Assembly: GCA_951406725.2 (NCBI GenBank)
Contig: OX597823.1
Location: 112,096,001-112,160,000 of the forward strand
DNA from: Octopus vulgaris
Taxonomy: Eukaryota
DNA: 64,000 nucleotides
Direction: 5' to 3'
The notes below the pieces were generated by a model, which was not told the origin of the DNA, did not search any database, and was given only the letters and a program-made list of their open reading frames with translations. Shown here piece by piece: positions 1 through 12,774 of this stretch. The first letter of the stretch is position 1. The number at the start of each line of letters is the position of its first letter. The translations under genes and the position numbers were made by a program.

Positions 1-23
1 ATATATATATATATGTATGTATA

Positions 24-66
<43 letters not shown>

Positions 67-747
67 GTACATGTTATTTTCGTTCTGTTTCATCATGGGA
101 TTTCTTTTAAACATAGTTTGTTATGTTCATAGAAACCAGAAACTTAATTGTTCTTCCACAGAAGCATTAAATATAATTAACAAAAATAAAGGAACAATAA
201 AATATTCTACCATAACAAAATAGAAAAAACAACAACAAAAATACAACTAAAAGAATGAGAAGCACTAAGAAAAAAAATAAGCATAAAATTTCGTACAAAT
301 ACCAAAAGATCCAAAAGCAAATTTGATGCCAATTTGATGGCAGCCATTTTGGATTTTCTTCCCAGAAATGTATGTGTGTACATAAGTGTGTATGAGTATG
401 CATACATGCATGTATATGTATTTGTGCTTATGTATGTATGTGTCTGTGAATGTACGTATATATTGTATATACGTGTGCTTGTGTGGGTGTTTGTGTGTAT
501 CTTCATGTGAGTGTATATGTATTTTTGTGTTTGTGTATATATATACATATATACATATATGTATACATACATATATACATATAAACATATATATATATAT
601 ATGTATATGTAAATGTGTGTGTGTGTCTATGTATATATATATGAACACATACATACACAACTTTTTTAATCATATTTCATGCTATTTTATGTTTTTTGAT
701 TGTTTTTACCAATTTCCAATATATTTTTCTCCACGAAAGAAAATTTT

Positions 748-755
748 ATAATAAC

Positions 756-798
<43 letters not shown>

Positions 799-801
799 GT
801 A

Positions 802-864
<63 letters not shown>

Positions 865-899
865 GTAATAATAATGATAATAATAATAATAATAATAAT

Positions 900-941
<42 letters not shown>

Positions 942-942
942 T
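748..942. repeat. (AAT)n microsatellite
   Basis: Long near-pure AAT run; source of the poly-N/poly-I ORFs. Confidence 0.97.
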
Positions 943-2500
943 AAAGATAAGAATAACAAAACTAAAACTGAAGTAAGAAGTAGTGGAGGGAATTCAGACA
1001 AGAAAACTTCGTAAAAGAGAAAAGGACACCAAATAGATGCCACATAAAACAAAAGGGGAGAAAAAAAAACCCTAAAAAAATCACCAAATAGAAAAGTAAG
1101 CAAATATTAAGAACAAAAACAGCATCATTGGAGTATGAAGAACAGAAACAATAACAACACACACACAAAAAAAAAAAAAATATTGTAAACAACAATAACA
1201 ATACAGAACAATACACAAACAAACAAGAAAACATTTTTGACTTCTGCACTTCATCAATCATCCAGAGAAAAATGGTATTGAATAACTACAGAGAAATATC
1301 AACAGATGTAGAATCCCAAATATAACACCACTCCTATATATATAACCCATATATATGTATGTATGTATGTATATATATATATAGGTTTTATTTTTATATA
1401 TAATATATATAGAGATTATATGCATACCATACATATATGTATACACACACACCAAAAACACACACACCACAAACACACACACACATTAATATATGCCTAT
1501 ACATACAATACATGCATGTACATATATTTGTGTGTGTATGTACAAATATATATATATACACACACACACATATAAATATAAATATATACATATATATATA
1601 TACATACACACACACACACATATATATGTCCATAGAGATAGATAGATAGATAGGTATAGATATAGATATGTGTGTGTATGCAGTATGTGAATATATGTAT
1701 ATATATGTATGTGTATGTGTACTTGTGTGTGTGTGTGCATGTAAGTATGTACATATACATGCATGCATGTATACAATTATATATTTTCTTATATTTTCTT
1801 ACTTTCTGATTTCAGTCATTGAACTGCAGCTAAGTTGGGACCCTGCTTTGAAAGGTTTAGTTGATCAAGTCAGCCCCAATGCTTATTTCTTCAGTGTGGT
1901 CCCTACTCAATTCATTTCTTTTTTCCAAACTGCTATTTTACAGGCATGTAAACCAATGTATACAGGTTGTCATATTGTGAGAGTCAAACATAATCACAGA
2001 GAAAAACACGCAAATATACTTGCATAGATACGTATGTATGTATATATGTATGTATGTATGTATGCATGCAGTGTGTGTATGCATACGTGCATGTACATAT
2101 CATCATCATCATCATAACCAACATCATTTAACATCTCTTTTCCATGCTTGCATGCATTGGATGGTTTGACAGGGGCTAGCCAGCTGAGAAGCAGTCCAAA
2201 CTCCAGTTGTGTGTTTTGGCATGGTTTCTACAGCTGGATGCCCTTTCTAATACCAACCACCTTACAGAGGGTGCAGGTGCTTTTTACATGCCACCGGCAT
2301 TGGTATGCTTACGCAGCACTGACACAAGTGCATTTTACAATGCACTAGCAGCTGCAAGGCAAAGACCACTCAGCTAGGAGAAGGAAATAGGGCATGGTCA
2401 TACACATACACACACATATATGCATACATACATACAAATAAGTATATATCCATGTATATATATATATATCTATATATATCTATATATATCTATATATATA

Positions 2501-2526
<26 letters not shown>

Positions 2527-2532
<6 letters not shown>

Positions 2533-2794
2533 ACTCAAAGGAATTCCAACTCTGATTTTTATGTTTTATTTATATTCTTATAATATTAAAATAGGATATA
2601 GAATATAGAATATATATTAAGAAAGAAATGAAATGAAGTATTGATTGTCTTATTGAACAAATGAAATATTGAAAATTAAATATTAAATGTCTATTCTCAT
2701 TGAACTAGTAAACTTCCTTGCATTTAAGCATTCATCAGGTTCAGATTGTGACAGGAATGCTTCGACAGAGTTGGAATTTCTTTGAGTAATATAT
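2527..2794 (-). mobile_element. Penelope-like mini-element with short terminal inverted copy, between (TA)n tracts
   Basis: Ends TATTACTCAAAGGAATTCCAACTC (~2529-2552) and GAGTTGGAATTTCTTTGAGTAATA (~2768-2791) are reverse complements with one mismatch; contains a hammerhead-like motif. Confidence 0.55.
2701..2743 (-). ncRNA. Degenerate type I hammerhead ribozyme
   Basis: Minus strand TGAAC-CTGATGA-ATGC(TTAAAT)GCAA-GGAA-GTTTAC-TA-GTTCA: 5-bp stem I and CUGAUGA intact, GAAA mutated to GGAA. Confidence 0.6.
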
Positions 2795-2822
2795 TCTTCT
2801 ATACACAATCATACAAACCCCT

Positions 2823-2880
<58 letters not shown>

Positions 2881-2884
2881 AAAG

Positions 2885-3179
2885 AGGAGATTGGAAAAAT
2901 ATTTGGTATTATTTATTCCCCATTACACATGTTTCGTTTACTAATAGGAGTTATCAAACTGTACTTGTAGTGGAAACAGGTATGATATTTCCTATTAGAT
3001 ATTCTTGAGACAGAGAATCAAATAAATAAATAAAATGTTTTTATTCTCTGTCAGAAGAATTTCTAATAAGAGATATCTTACTTGTTTCCACTCCAAGTAA
3101 GATAATTTTGTAACTCCAATAAGCAAATGAATCATGTGTAATGGTGAATAAATAATACTAAAACATTTCCCTATCTCCT
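2885..3179. repeat. Imperfect ~140-bp-arm inverted repeat (fold-back element)
   Basis: 2885-3018 matches the reverse complement of 3043-3179; the left arm (minus) carries GAAACATGTGTA, a hammerhead 3' half-like motif. Confidence 0.75.
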
Positions 3180-3185
3180 GTTTTA

Positions 3186-3700
3186 TTAGGTTGTCAAGAA
3201 AGTTCTTGTGGAATTTTTAATTTTTAATTGGTTTTAAATGATGTATTTTCAAATTAATTTTCATTAAATTACTTTGACTTTTTATATAATTTTAAATTCT
3301 GTTTTTCACTCTGTCTAATCGTGTTACTCTTTTTCTTTTTGAATAATTAGACCATTTTTTCTAGAACGTTGAATACAGCATGGACAAAAAGCAAATTCGC
3401 ACAATTTTCTTATTCCAGTTCAAGCTAGGTCAAAAATCTGCTGATTCAGTTCATAATATCAACGATGCATTTGACCCAGGAACCACTAATGAACGTACAG
3501 GACCATGGTGGTTCATGAAATTTCGTAGAGGTGACAAGAGTCTTGAAGATGATAAGCATCGTGGTCGGCCATCAGATGCTGACAAGGATCAACTAAGAGC
3601 CTTAGAAGCCAATCCACGCACAACTGTTCGAGAGCTTGCTTCTGAATTAGACATAATGTATACGACAATTTCCAACCATTTTGTTCTATGCAAGCTCTGT
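3186..3700 (+). mobile_element. Mariner (Hsmar1/cecropia-like) transposon 5' fragment, truncated transposase
   Basis: TA-TTAGGTTG terminus; ORF at 3380 MDKKQIRTIFLFQFKLG...INDAF...WF.KFRRGDKSLED..HRGRPS...EANPRTTVRELASEL is the mariner N-terminal HTH region; no catalytic domain. Confidence 0.92.
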
Positions 3701-3860
3701 CCATTTAGGTCCACTTGTAAGGAATCTGGTTTGGGTTGACAGAGAACTTGAAAAATGACATTTGCTAATGATATTCTAGAATTGTAGTGGGCTTGAACCA
3801 CTGTCTCATGCCTGAGAAGAGAACTTCTTGTACATTTAGCTATACTACAATCCCAAATAT

Positions 3861-3897
<37 letters not shown>

Positions 3898-4258
3898 TAT
3901 GTGCATGTGTGCATGCATGCACAGGCACACACACACAAGCACATTCATTCACTCAGTCTCATATCATAAATCAAAAAAAGTTTGTAATTCATGAAAATAT
4001 CTGATTGATCAGTATTTCACATGTGTATGGAACTCCCAACAATTTTGAAGTGACTCATCGACAATTGACTTAAATGTGTATTTATATGTATATGTGTGTG
4101 TTGTGTGTGTGTAAGTGTATATATATATATTCATACACACATATATTTATATGTACATATCTATCTGTCTAGCTAGCTATATATGTATGTGTAAGAATGA
4201 GTGCATACATGTATATATATATATATAATACACACAGATGCACACTTATATATATATG

Positions 4259-4294
<36 letters not shown>

Positions 4295-4454
4295 CATATA
4301 TACATACATACATTACATTACAGCTTTCTATGATGATCGTATGAACAACATATGTTACATAACACATAACATCTTATGTAAGTCTGTCCTTTGCAGGAGT
4401 TATGTAACTTGTTTTGCTTCTATGATTGTTACGATATGTGCATGTGTGTGTATG

Positions 4455-4488
<34 letters not shown>

Positions 4489-5394
4489 GATAGATAGATA
4501 GATATGTGTACATACATCGCCTTATTTTCCTGTCTCTCTTCCTTTCTGTTTTTCTCTCCCTTTCTCTCTTCCTCTTTCTCACTTTCTTTCTCTCTCACTT
4601 TTCTGTTTATATCTCTTACTTTCCAGTCCTCTACTTCATAATGTTTCATTTCCCACATACCGCTTCTCCACTCCATCTCTCATCTCCCCTTTTTATATAC
4701 AACTCTCTTTTATTCTATCTCTCTCTCTCTAACATCTCACCATATTTATCTGCTTTGCTTACAATCCGTGAAATTTACATTACCACTTTGTATAACCACA
4801 CCCCTGACTGTCCAGCCCTATCAATAGAATGGTCAAAGGCAAATTGAATTAGTCATCTACAGACAGTTGTTCCCATTCCGTCTCCTCTCCTCAGCCACAT
4901 CTCCATGTTCCCTTCTTTGTCACGACTATTTACTAACCTTTGTAGTTGTATCCTTCCTCTCTGTTGTTAAAGCTACACAAGTTTGACTAACAGATGGTTA
5001 ACTTCATGGTATTCAGTTTAAGCATTTCTGACATGGAATATGGTATTGTATGTTTTGCCAGATTAACCATACTCTCAGCACTATCTCTCACCCGTGCATC
5101 AATGATAATGATAAATGGGTCAGACTAAACTCCCAAACTGAGCCCAACCAATTTGCCTAGAATGAGAGAGTAATATTTCAAATGCAGTATAGCCGTGGAA
5201 AGAGCAGAAAGATTGGGTATTTTACGCTTGTATGATGGAAAATGTTGCCAGGCATGTGATGATGTTTTCTGTCATATAAGGGTAAAATATTCAATCTTTC
5301 TTTTGTTCCCATAGTTATACCACAGGCAAAATATTACTCTTTTGTCTGTATTATATGATACGCATTTGATGCTTCCAAAAACAAACAAAGTGAT

Positions 5395-5812
5395 TCAGCG
5401 TCACCTTACTGGCTCTTGTGACCATGCTAGTAGGGTGCCAAGAGCACTGTCCGAGCGTGATCGTTGCCTGAGCAGCCAACTGGCTCCATGCCGGTGGCAC
5501 GTAAAAGGCCACAATTCAAGCGTGATCGGTAACATCATCGCCTTACTGGCACCTGTGCCGGTGGCATGTATAAAAAGATTCGAGCGAAGTCATTGCCAGT
5601 ACTGCCTGACTGGCCCCGTGCCAGTGGCATGTAAAAAGCAGCCACTACACTCTCGGAGTGGTTGGCATTAGGAAAGGCATCCAGCTGTAGAAAATCTGCC
5701 AAATCAAGATTGGAGCCTGGTGCGGCCGTCTGGTTGGCCAGCCCTCAGTCAAAATCGTCCAACCCATGCTAGCATGGAAGGCGGACGTTAAACGATGATG
5801 ATGATGATGATG
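5395..5812 (+). mobile_element. RTE-type LINE 3' end with (GAT)n tail
   Basis: Sub-repeats with GCCGGTGGCACGTAAAA, then GGAGTGGTTGGCATTAGGAAAGGCATCCAGCTGTAGAAA ... CATGCTAGCATGGAAGGCGGACGTTAAAC(GAT)n; homologous 3' UTR follows the RT ORF at 42998-43321. Confidence 0.85.
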
Positions 5813-5880
5813 TTGTTGTTACATAGCTATTCTAATTTATACTCCTCTCTTTCTAGATAAACCAGAGTCCAGTTTAACTG

Positions 5881-6105
5881 TTAATCCTTTAGCATTTAAA
5901 CTGGCTATATGCCAGCCAGAATATTATAACTCTTTTATGCTCAAAACTGGCCAGATTTAGCCTCTCACATCAATCTTAAAATATCATTAAAAAAATTAAC
6001 AGTTAGCTCATCAAAATCTGAAAGCTACAAAATAATGCCTTGCTAATTCAAAACAATGTGAATAAATAAACTTTTGACAAGATAATTTGAATACTAAAGG
6101 GTTAA
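5881..6105. mobile_element. TTAA-flanked piggyBac-type MITE, family A
   Basis: TTAA-TCCTTTAGCATT ... AATACTAAAGGG-TTAA; homologous to copies at 29292, 30123 and 46162 (opposite orientation). Confidence 0.8.
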
Positions 6106-6282
6106 GCAAATATAAGAGCATGCTTAAGGTTGGTAACAGGAAGAGCATTATCATTGTTAACATCCGCCTTCCATGCTGGCATGGGTTGGATGGTTCGACA
6201 GGAGCTGGTCAGGTAGGAGCCTGCAGCAGACTTCTGTGTCTATTTTGGCAGGGTTTTTATGGCTGGATCCTCTTCCTAATAC

Positions 6283-6516
6283 CTATTTCTTTACTACCCA
6301 CAAGGGGCTAAACACAGAGAGGACAAACAAGGGTAGACAAACGGATTAAGTTGATTATATCGACCCCAGTGCGTAACTGGTACTTATTTAATCGACCCCA
6401 AAAGGATGAAAGGCAAAGTCGACCTCGGTAGAATTTGAACTCAGAACGTAGCAGCAGACGAAATACTGCTACGCAATTCGTCCAGCGTGCTAACGATTCT
6501 GCCAGCGCAACCACCT
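6283..6516 (-). mobile_element. tRNA-derived SINE with Meta-like central domain
   Basis: Minus strand GTTCAAATTC B-box, GACTTTGCCTTTCATCCTTTTGGGGTCGATTAAATAAGTACCAG, tail TGTTTAGCCCCTTGTGGGTAGTAAAGAAATA; interrupts an older RTE tail. Confidence 0.85.
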
Positions 6517-6900
6517 TAAAATACCATCCACCTAATACTGCCTTGAAATACCGACCACCCAGCAGAGCAGACAGTGTTTTTTACGTGGCATAAGCACAAG
6601 CACAAACAAAGTCAGTTTGGGCATGGTTTATACAGCAGGATGCCCTTCCAAATGCCAACCACTTTACAGTATGGACTGGATGCATTTTATATGGCAACAG
6701 CATCCATTCATAAAATCCTACATCAAATAAATTTCCACCCAACCCATGTTATCATGAATAACAGAATATTAAATGAATGAATGAAGAAGCTACAACAGCT
6801 ACCGTTTATCTCGTTTAGCACCTTTATCTACCACATCTATATCTACCTTCTGCATTCTCCATCTCTTCTATAGTTCTAACCACAAGTTCCTGCATGCAAC

Positions 6901-7264
6901 ATCATCATCATCATCATCATCATCATTGTTTAACGTCTGCTTTCCTTGGTAGCATGGGTTGGACATATGACTGAGGGCTGGCGAACCAGATGGCTGCACC
7001 AGGCTTCAATCTTGATCTGGCAGAGTTTCTACAGCTGGATGCCCTTCCTAATGCCAACCACTCCAAGAGTGTAGTGGGTGCTTTTACGTGCCAGTCAGGC
7101 AGCACTGGCAATGACCTCGCTCGAATCTTTTACACATGCCACCAGCACAGGTGCCAGTAAGGCGATGCTGGTAACGATCATGCTCAAATGGTGTCTTTTA
7201 CGTGCCACCAGCACAGAGGCCAGATAGCCGCTCTGGCGATGATCATGCTCGGATGGTGCTCTTA
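6901..7264 (-). mobile_element. RTE-type LINE 3' end
   Basis: (ATC)n followed by the family 3' UTR in antisense. Confidence 0.85.
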
Positions 7265-7993
7265 CAACAGTTTGTCCAAAATTTTGTCCTGAAAATTAAG
7301 ACTTTCTTGGAAATATTCTCTGTCTTTGCTTTCCCTGAAAATACTGACCACGAGAATTTTGAACTTGGTATCAACTAACTTTAACATAATGAGAGGATCT
7401 TCAAAAATTCTGGGTGCTTAGCTCAATTCCATGGACTAAAATGTAAAACAAAACTATTGACAACAGTTTCAACTTTGCAGAAAACCATTTTATTTGGTAT
7501 TCTTATCCTGATTTGAGAAAGTTTTATGGACTCATAAGTTAAGAAATTAAATATTTACTTCAGCATAAATTAAAAGGTTGGCATTAGACATGGTTTTGTG
7601 GGAAGAATTTTGCTACCTAACAACAGATCTCAGATTCAGCCAAATTGTGTGGCACTTTTGACAAGTGTCTTCTATGATAACCTTGGACTGAGCAAAGATT
7701 TGTGAGAGGAGTAAGTATAGAGAAGCTGAAAGAATGTCATTGTGTGTGTGTATGTGTGTGTGTGTGTGTGTGTGCGCACTTATCCTGACCAAACTGCTTG
7801 ACAAAGTGTTGATCTATTTACAAAAGCAGAACTTATCAGTTTGACAAAAGTGACCAATAGAATAGAAAGACAACTATTCAGGTCAATTTGTTCCACTAAC
7901 ACATTGGACTGCAGTCCCAGTATGGCTGCAATCCAATGATAGAAAACAAGTATAAGATGAAGGATAAAATGTGTGTGTGTATGTGTGTGTGTG

Positions 7994-8046
<53 letters not shown>

Positions 8047-8047
<1 letters not shown>

Positions 8048-8332
8048 TAAATATGTAAACAAGTTAATTCAGTATGAATTAGGGAATGATGGCAAGTGAA
8101 ATTATGTCAATAGAATTATAAGTCTTCACCATATATTGACCATAGAAAATAGACTAAAATTAGGATATATAAACATCCATAATGGACATTTTCCCCATTA
8201 GTGGGGTTTATATGTCCTAATATCAAACTATTTTCTGTAGTCAATATACAGCGAAGGCTTATAATTCTATTTACAAAATATCACTGACCACCCTTTCCTG
8301 AGTCATGCAGAATTCACATGTTTATATATTTA
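8047..8332. repeat. Imperfect fold-back with ~140-bp arms next to a (TA)n tract
   Basis: e.g. AATAGAATTATAAGTCTTCACCATATATTGACCATAGAAAATAG pairs with CTATTTTCTGTAGTCAATATACAGCGAAGGCTTATAATTCTATT; centre ~8190. Confidence 0.85.
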
Positions 8333-8352
8333 TCAATACATATATTAAATAC

Positions 8353-8475
8353 AGGGTAGCCCCTACTTTTGCTAACCTTGTTATGGGATTCTTAGAAGTC
8401 CAAATATAAGAGCACACTCCACTATAATTTGGAGACAACTTCCGAAAATACTCACCAACTGGAAATGCTGTTTCA
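8353..8475 (+). pseudogene. Penelope-like element reverse transcriptase fragment (motif B' towards motif C)
   Basis: Translates RVAPTFANLVMGFLEVQI*EHTPL*FGDNFRKY, frameshift, TNWK; resembles the PLE GT.MAP.YANL.MG.LE...WKRYLDD signature. Confidence 0.7.
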
Positions 8476-8497
8476 TTCTGTGGTTGCATAACCTTGT

Positions 8498-8648
8498 AGG
8501 CACAGGAGTGACTGTGTGGTAGGTAGCTTGCTTACCAACCACATGGTTATGGGTTCAGTTCCACTGTGTGGCACCTTGGGTAAGTGTCTTCTACTATAGC
8601 CTCAGGCCAACCAAAGCCTTGTGAATGGATTTGGTAGACGGAAACTGT
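8498..8648 (+). mobile_element. 5' half of tRNA/CORE-like SINE
   Basis: GGAGTGACTGTGTGGTAAG...GGGTTCAGTTCCACTGTGTGGCACCTTGGGTAAGTGTCTTCTACTATAGCC. Confidence 0.85.
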
Positions 8649-8872
8649 CCGTGAGATCTGAAGAGAAATTTAATGCTATTTATACACAGTGTGTTCTGGC
8701 TAAATTTGACAGTTTGCATGAAAGAATAAGAAAACAATCTGAAAATAAATGTATTTTAAAATATGTAAAAATATTAACTAGATTATAGCTGGGAGATGAC
8801 AGTTTACTCAAAATAACCAATCTCAGTTTCCACTGTCATCAGGATGGTTCCAGAACTTGGTGTATGAATTCC

Positions 8873-9250
8873 TCACTGTGTTTTTAAGAAGATCTTCAAA
8901 CACCTTCTTGATCTTGACCACGAGCTCAGTCTTGATATTACCAGCAGAGCAGTTGGTGTCTTTCTCAACCGCTTTCCACTCATACTAATCCATGTGATTA
9001 CAATTGGAGTATTTAGGAGGCCAGAAATTGGAGTTGATGAAGTTGTAAAAATTCTCTGACAACCACTTCTTCTGATGCCTTCTAAAGGTATAGCAACCAG
9101 CCAAATCCCACTCCAACATATATGGACTTCCAGAAGCAACCCCCTCCAGCCTGGATCTGACCACAATTTCCAGCAGCTTCACAAAGCCTTCTGAATTGGG
9201 CCTAAAGCCCTGTTCAAAGACTTGGGTATGAATTCTGGCATGCAGGTACA
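8873..9250 (-). pseudogene. Tc1/mariner-superfamily (maT/DD37D-like) transposase catalytic remnant
   Basis: KLLEIVV...WDLAGCYTFRR.QKKWLSENF....NFWPPKYSNCNHMD*YEWKAVEK resembles QDSAPCHT...WPPNSPD.NP.DY.VW. Confidence 0.75.
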
Positions 9251-9630
9251 ATCAAAGTGGTTGCTGTGTCCTTTCGTTTTGACCATGGTTTTGTAGTCTC
9301 TGTTGCAGCTGTCCATGTTACTTCTTACAGCCGTTACAGTCTCCACAGAACATTGCATAGCAGTCAGGATCTCAGCATCTTGATACCTGGTTCAAATCAT
9401 CATGATACAGTTAACTCTTTGACAATCTTCAGCTGGCTTCAGCAAACTGCTTCTCGACTACAACATTAATATTCCGGCTCTCTAACACCATCGACTGTTC
9501 ACTGATACATCAAACTGACCCTGTAAAAGGAGATACAAAAAAGTCATCACATTTAGCTTGAACACCTCGTACATATAGATGTTGCGAATGAGAGAACTAG
9601 CAAAGCATAACAGTCCAATGTCTGAACCAG

Positions 9631-9920
9631 CAACCACCACCACGACCACGACCACGACCACCACCACCGCCACCACCGCCACCACCACAACCACCACCAC
9701 CACCACCACCACAACCACCACCACCACCACCACCACCACCACCACCACCACCACAACCACCACCACCACCACCACAACCACCACCACCACCACCACAACC
9801 ACCACCACCACCACAACCACCACCACCACCACCACAACCACCACCACCACCACCACCACCACCACCACCACCACCACCACCACCACCACCACCACCACCA
9901 CCACCACCACCACCACCATC
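9631..9920. repeat. (ACC)n microsatellite
   Basis: Near-pure ACC with ACA interruptions. Confidence 0.97.
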
Positions 9921-10335
9921 ACTGCCCCATCCCTCATCATCATTGTCTCTTGTGTGTTTATGTTATTGAGCATATTTACACCTGGTTCTGAAATATTGTG
10001 TGTGCGTGTGGGTGTGTGTGTGTGTGCGTGTGTGTGTGTGCATGTGTGTGTGTGGATGTGAATTACATATGTGAGAGTGTGTGTGTGTATGTTAGAAAGA
10101 GAGAGAGAGAGTGTGTGTGTGTGTGTGCGTGTGTGTGTGCATGCGTGAGAGTTTGGTGGTACTATATGCTGGTCAGATTAAGAGAAATCATTTTAATTGC
10201 AGCATGTAATCAGCTGACTGGACTAGAATGATAGAAGTACAGAGAGAGAGAGAGAGGGGAGGGAGGGGTGGAGTGGGCAACAAGAGGGAGAGAGAGAGAG
10301 AGAGAGAGAGAAGGAGAAAGAAGGAAGTGGAGACA

Positions 10336-10368
<33 letters not shown>

Positions 10369-10699
10369 ATGATGATGAGAATAAGGTGGGAAGCGAAGAG
10401 GAGGGAGAGAGAGAGAGAAAGGAAGAAAAGAAGAATATGAAACGAAAAAGAGTTAGAAAGAAACTATGACAGAAAGAAAAGAAATGAAAGAAGCAGCGAA
10501 AGAATGAAGGAGAGAACAAAAGAAAGGAAAAGAACAATAAGGATATGAGAAGGAATGGCGTGTGTGTGGGGGGGGGGATGAAAGCTGAAGGTATTGTGGC
10601 CACCAGAGTACTGGTTCCAATTCTGAAGGATTGGTGTTTGTAATTAAGCTGCTGCTGTTGCTGCTGTTGCTGCTTGGCATTAAATAACTGCACCATGAC

Positions 10700-11357
10700 T
10701 ACCAATACTACTACCACCAATACCATCGATACCACCATCTCTGCCACCACTGCTAACATCACAACCACCACCACCACCAAAACCACCACCACTACCACCA
10801 CCACCACTACCACCACCACCACCACCACCACTACCACCACCACCACCACCACTACCACCACTACCACCTACACTACCACTACCACCACCACCACCACCAC
10901 CACCACTACCACTACCACCACCACTACCACCACCACCACCACTACCACCCCCACCACTACCACCACCACTACCACCACCAATACCACCAAACTAGCATCA
11001 CCACCATCACCACCACCACCATTACCTTGATTTACACCACTACTACAACTACCACCATTACAACCACAAACACCCCCACTGCTATCACTAATATTACTAT
11101 GACCTTCAACACCACCATAACCATCACCACCACCACCACCACCACCACCACCACCACTATCAACACCACCATAACCATCACCACCACCACCACCACCACC
11201 ACCACCACTCTCACCTTCACCACTACCACCACCACCACCACCACCACCACTATCATTAATACTACTATGACTGCACCACCACCACCACCGCCGCCTCCTC
11301 TACCACCACTCTCACCTTCACCACTACCACCACCACCTCCACCACTATTACCACCGT
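10700..11357. repeat. Compound (ACC/ACT)n low-complexity tract
   Basis: Direct reading. Confidence 0.93.
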
Positions 11358-11713
11358 AACAAACAAAAACATGCCACAATGATCAGGCTGATTACTGCAA
11401 TCGGTGCCGGACAAGGAGACCTGACATTGCAATTTATAATCCTTTTCTCTTTCAGTGATGTTGAAAACTTCACTTCTCTTCACACCTTCATGTACACACA
11501 CGGACACACGGACACACGGACACACGGACACACATACATGTCCATACAGCTATACACATATCAGTGTATATGCATATACGCAAATCAGACGTTATGTGTA
11601 CATATGTAGAGTGTATGGACACTTAATCCTTCAGCAATTTCATTTGATGCTTGAATTCCAGTTTCTGTTGAAAAACTGATTTTAGCTTCACCTTTGTCTA
11701 TTTGTCTTTGTTC

Positions 11714-11933
11714 TCTTACTCTCTTTTTACTCTTTTACTTGTTTCAGTCATTTGACTGTGGCCATGCTGGAGTACCGCCTTTAGTCGAGCAAATCGACCC
11801 CTGCCTAGTACATATTCTATCGGTCTCTTCTGCCGAACTTCTAATTTACGGGGACGTAAACACACCTGCATCGGTTGTCAAGCGATGTTGGGAGGACAAA
11901 CACAGACACACAAACATATACACACACACATAA

Positions 11934-11966
<33 letters not shown>

Positions 11967-12161
11967 TATATACATACATATATATATATACGCATATATA
12001 CAACGGGCTTCTTTTCAGTTTCCATCTACCAAATCCACTCAGAAGGCTTTAATCAGCCTGAGGCTATAGTAGAAGACACTTGCCCAAAGTGCCATGCAGT
12101 GGGACTGAACCCGGAAACATGTGGTTCGTAAGCAAGCCCCTTACCACACAGCCACTCCTGC
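11714..12161 (-). mobile_element. Full-length tRNA/CORE-like SINE with internal microsatellite and (GTAAAAGA)n tail
   Basis: Minus strand head AGGAGTGGCTGTGTGGTAAG, B-box GGGTTCAGTCCC, GGCACTTTGGGCAAGTGTCTTC, 3' end CAGCATGGCCACAGTCAAATGACTGAAACAAGTAAAAGAG. Confidence 0.9.
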
Positions 12162-12184
12162 ACCAATGTCTATATCTTTGTTGA

Positions 12185-12537
12185 GTGAAAGCACATGGCT
12201 CAGTGGTTAGAGCGTCGGGCTCACAATAATGACGTAGTGAGTTCGATTCCCAGACCGGGCAGTGTGTTGTATTCTTAAGCAAGACACTTTATTTCATGTT
12301 GCCCCCATTTCACTCAGCTGTAGAAATGAGTTACAGCATCAATGGCCCCAAGCTGTATCGGCCCCTTTACCTTTCCCTTTGGCAACATCAGCCATGAGGA
12401 GAGGGGTGGTCGGTATGCATGGGCAACTGCTGCTCTTCCATAAACAACCTTGCCCGGACTTGTGCCTCAGAGGGTAACTTTCTAGGTGCAATCCCGTAGT
12501 CATGCATGACTGAAGGCAGTCTTTACCCTTTTACCTT
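12185..12537 (+). mobile_element. tRNA-derived SINE with Nin/Deu-like domain
   Basis: A-box TGGCTCAGTGG, B-box AGTTCGATTCCC, CTTCCATAAACAACCTTGCCCGGACTTGTGCCTC, tail CTTTACCCTTTTACC. Confidence 0.8.
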
Positions 12538-12674
12538 GTTTAAGTATGTGTACATGTCTTTCTCTGTGTGTATACGTGTTTGTGCATGTATGTTTGTATG
12601 TGTTTATGCTGGGTGGATATTTACATGATTTTTCTGCAGTTATATCTACATATGCACATCTGTGTCATCATCAC

Positions 12675-12706
<32 letters not shown>

Positions 12707-12774
12707 CTGCTTTACATATATATTCTGTGCCACCATAGTTTGGACGGGTTGTCATAGTATAAGTTTTTATATGA

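Noticed and set aside
259-375. Open frame ending at a GTATGT donor-like site (..DANLMAAILDFLPRN)
   Set aside because: No pyrimidine-rich acceptor, a stop immediately upstream and no recognisable homology
4004-4065. Possible hammerhead on the minus strand (ATTG-TCGATGA...GAAATACTGAT-CAAT)
   Set aside because: Stem I fits, but stem II does not pair and the UH site is absent; too degenerate to call
11389-11441. Weak hairpin TGCAAT...ATTGCA in unique sequence
   Set aside because: Pairing too short and irregular for a structured-RNA call
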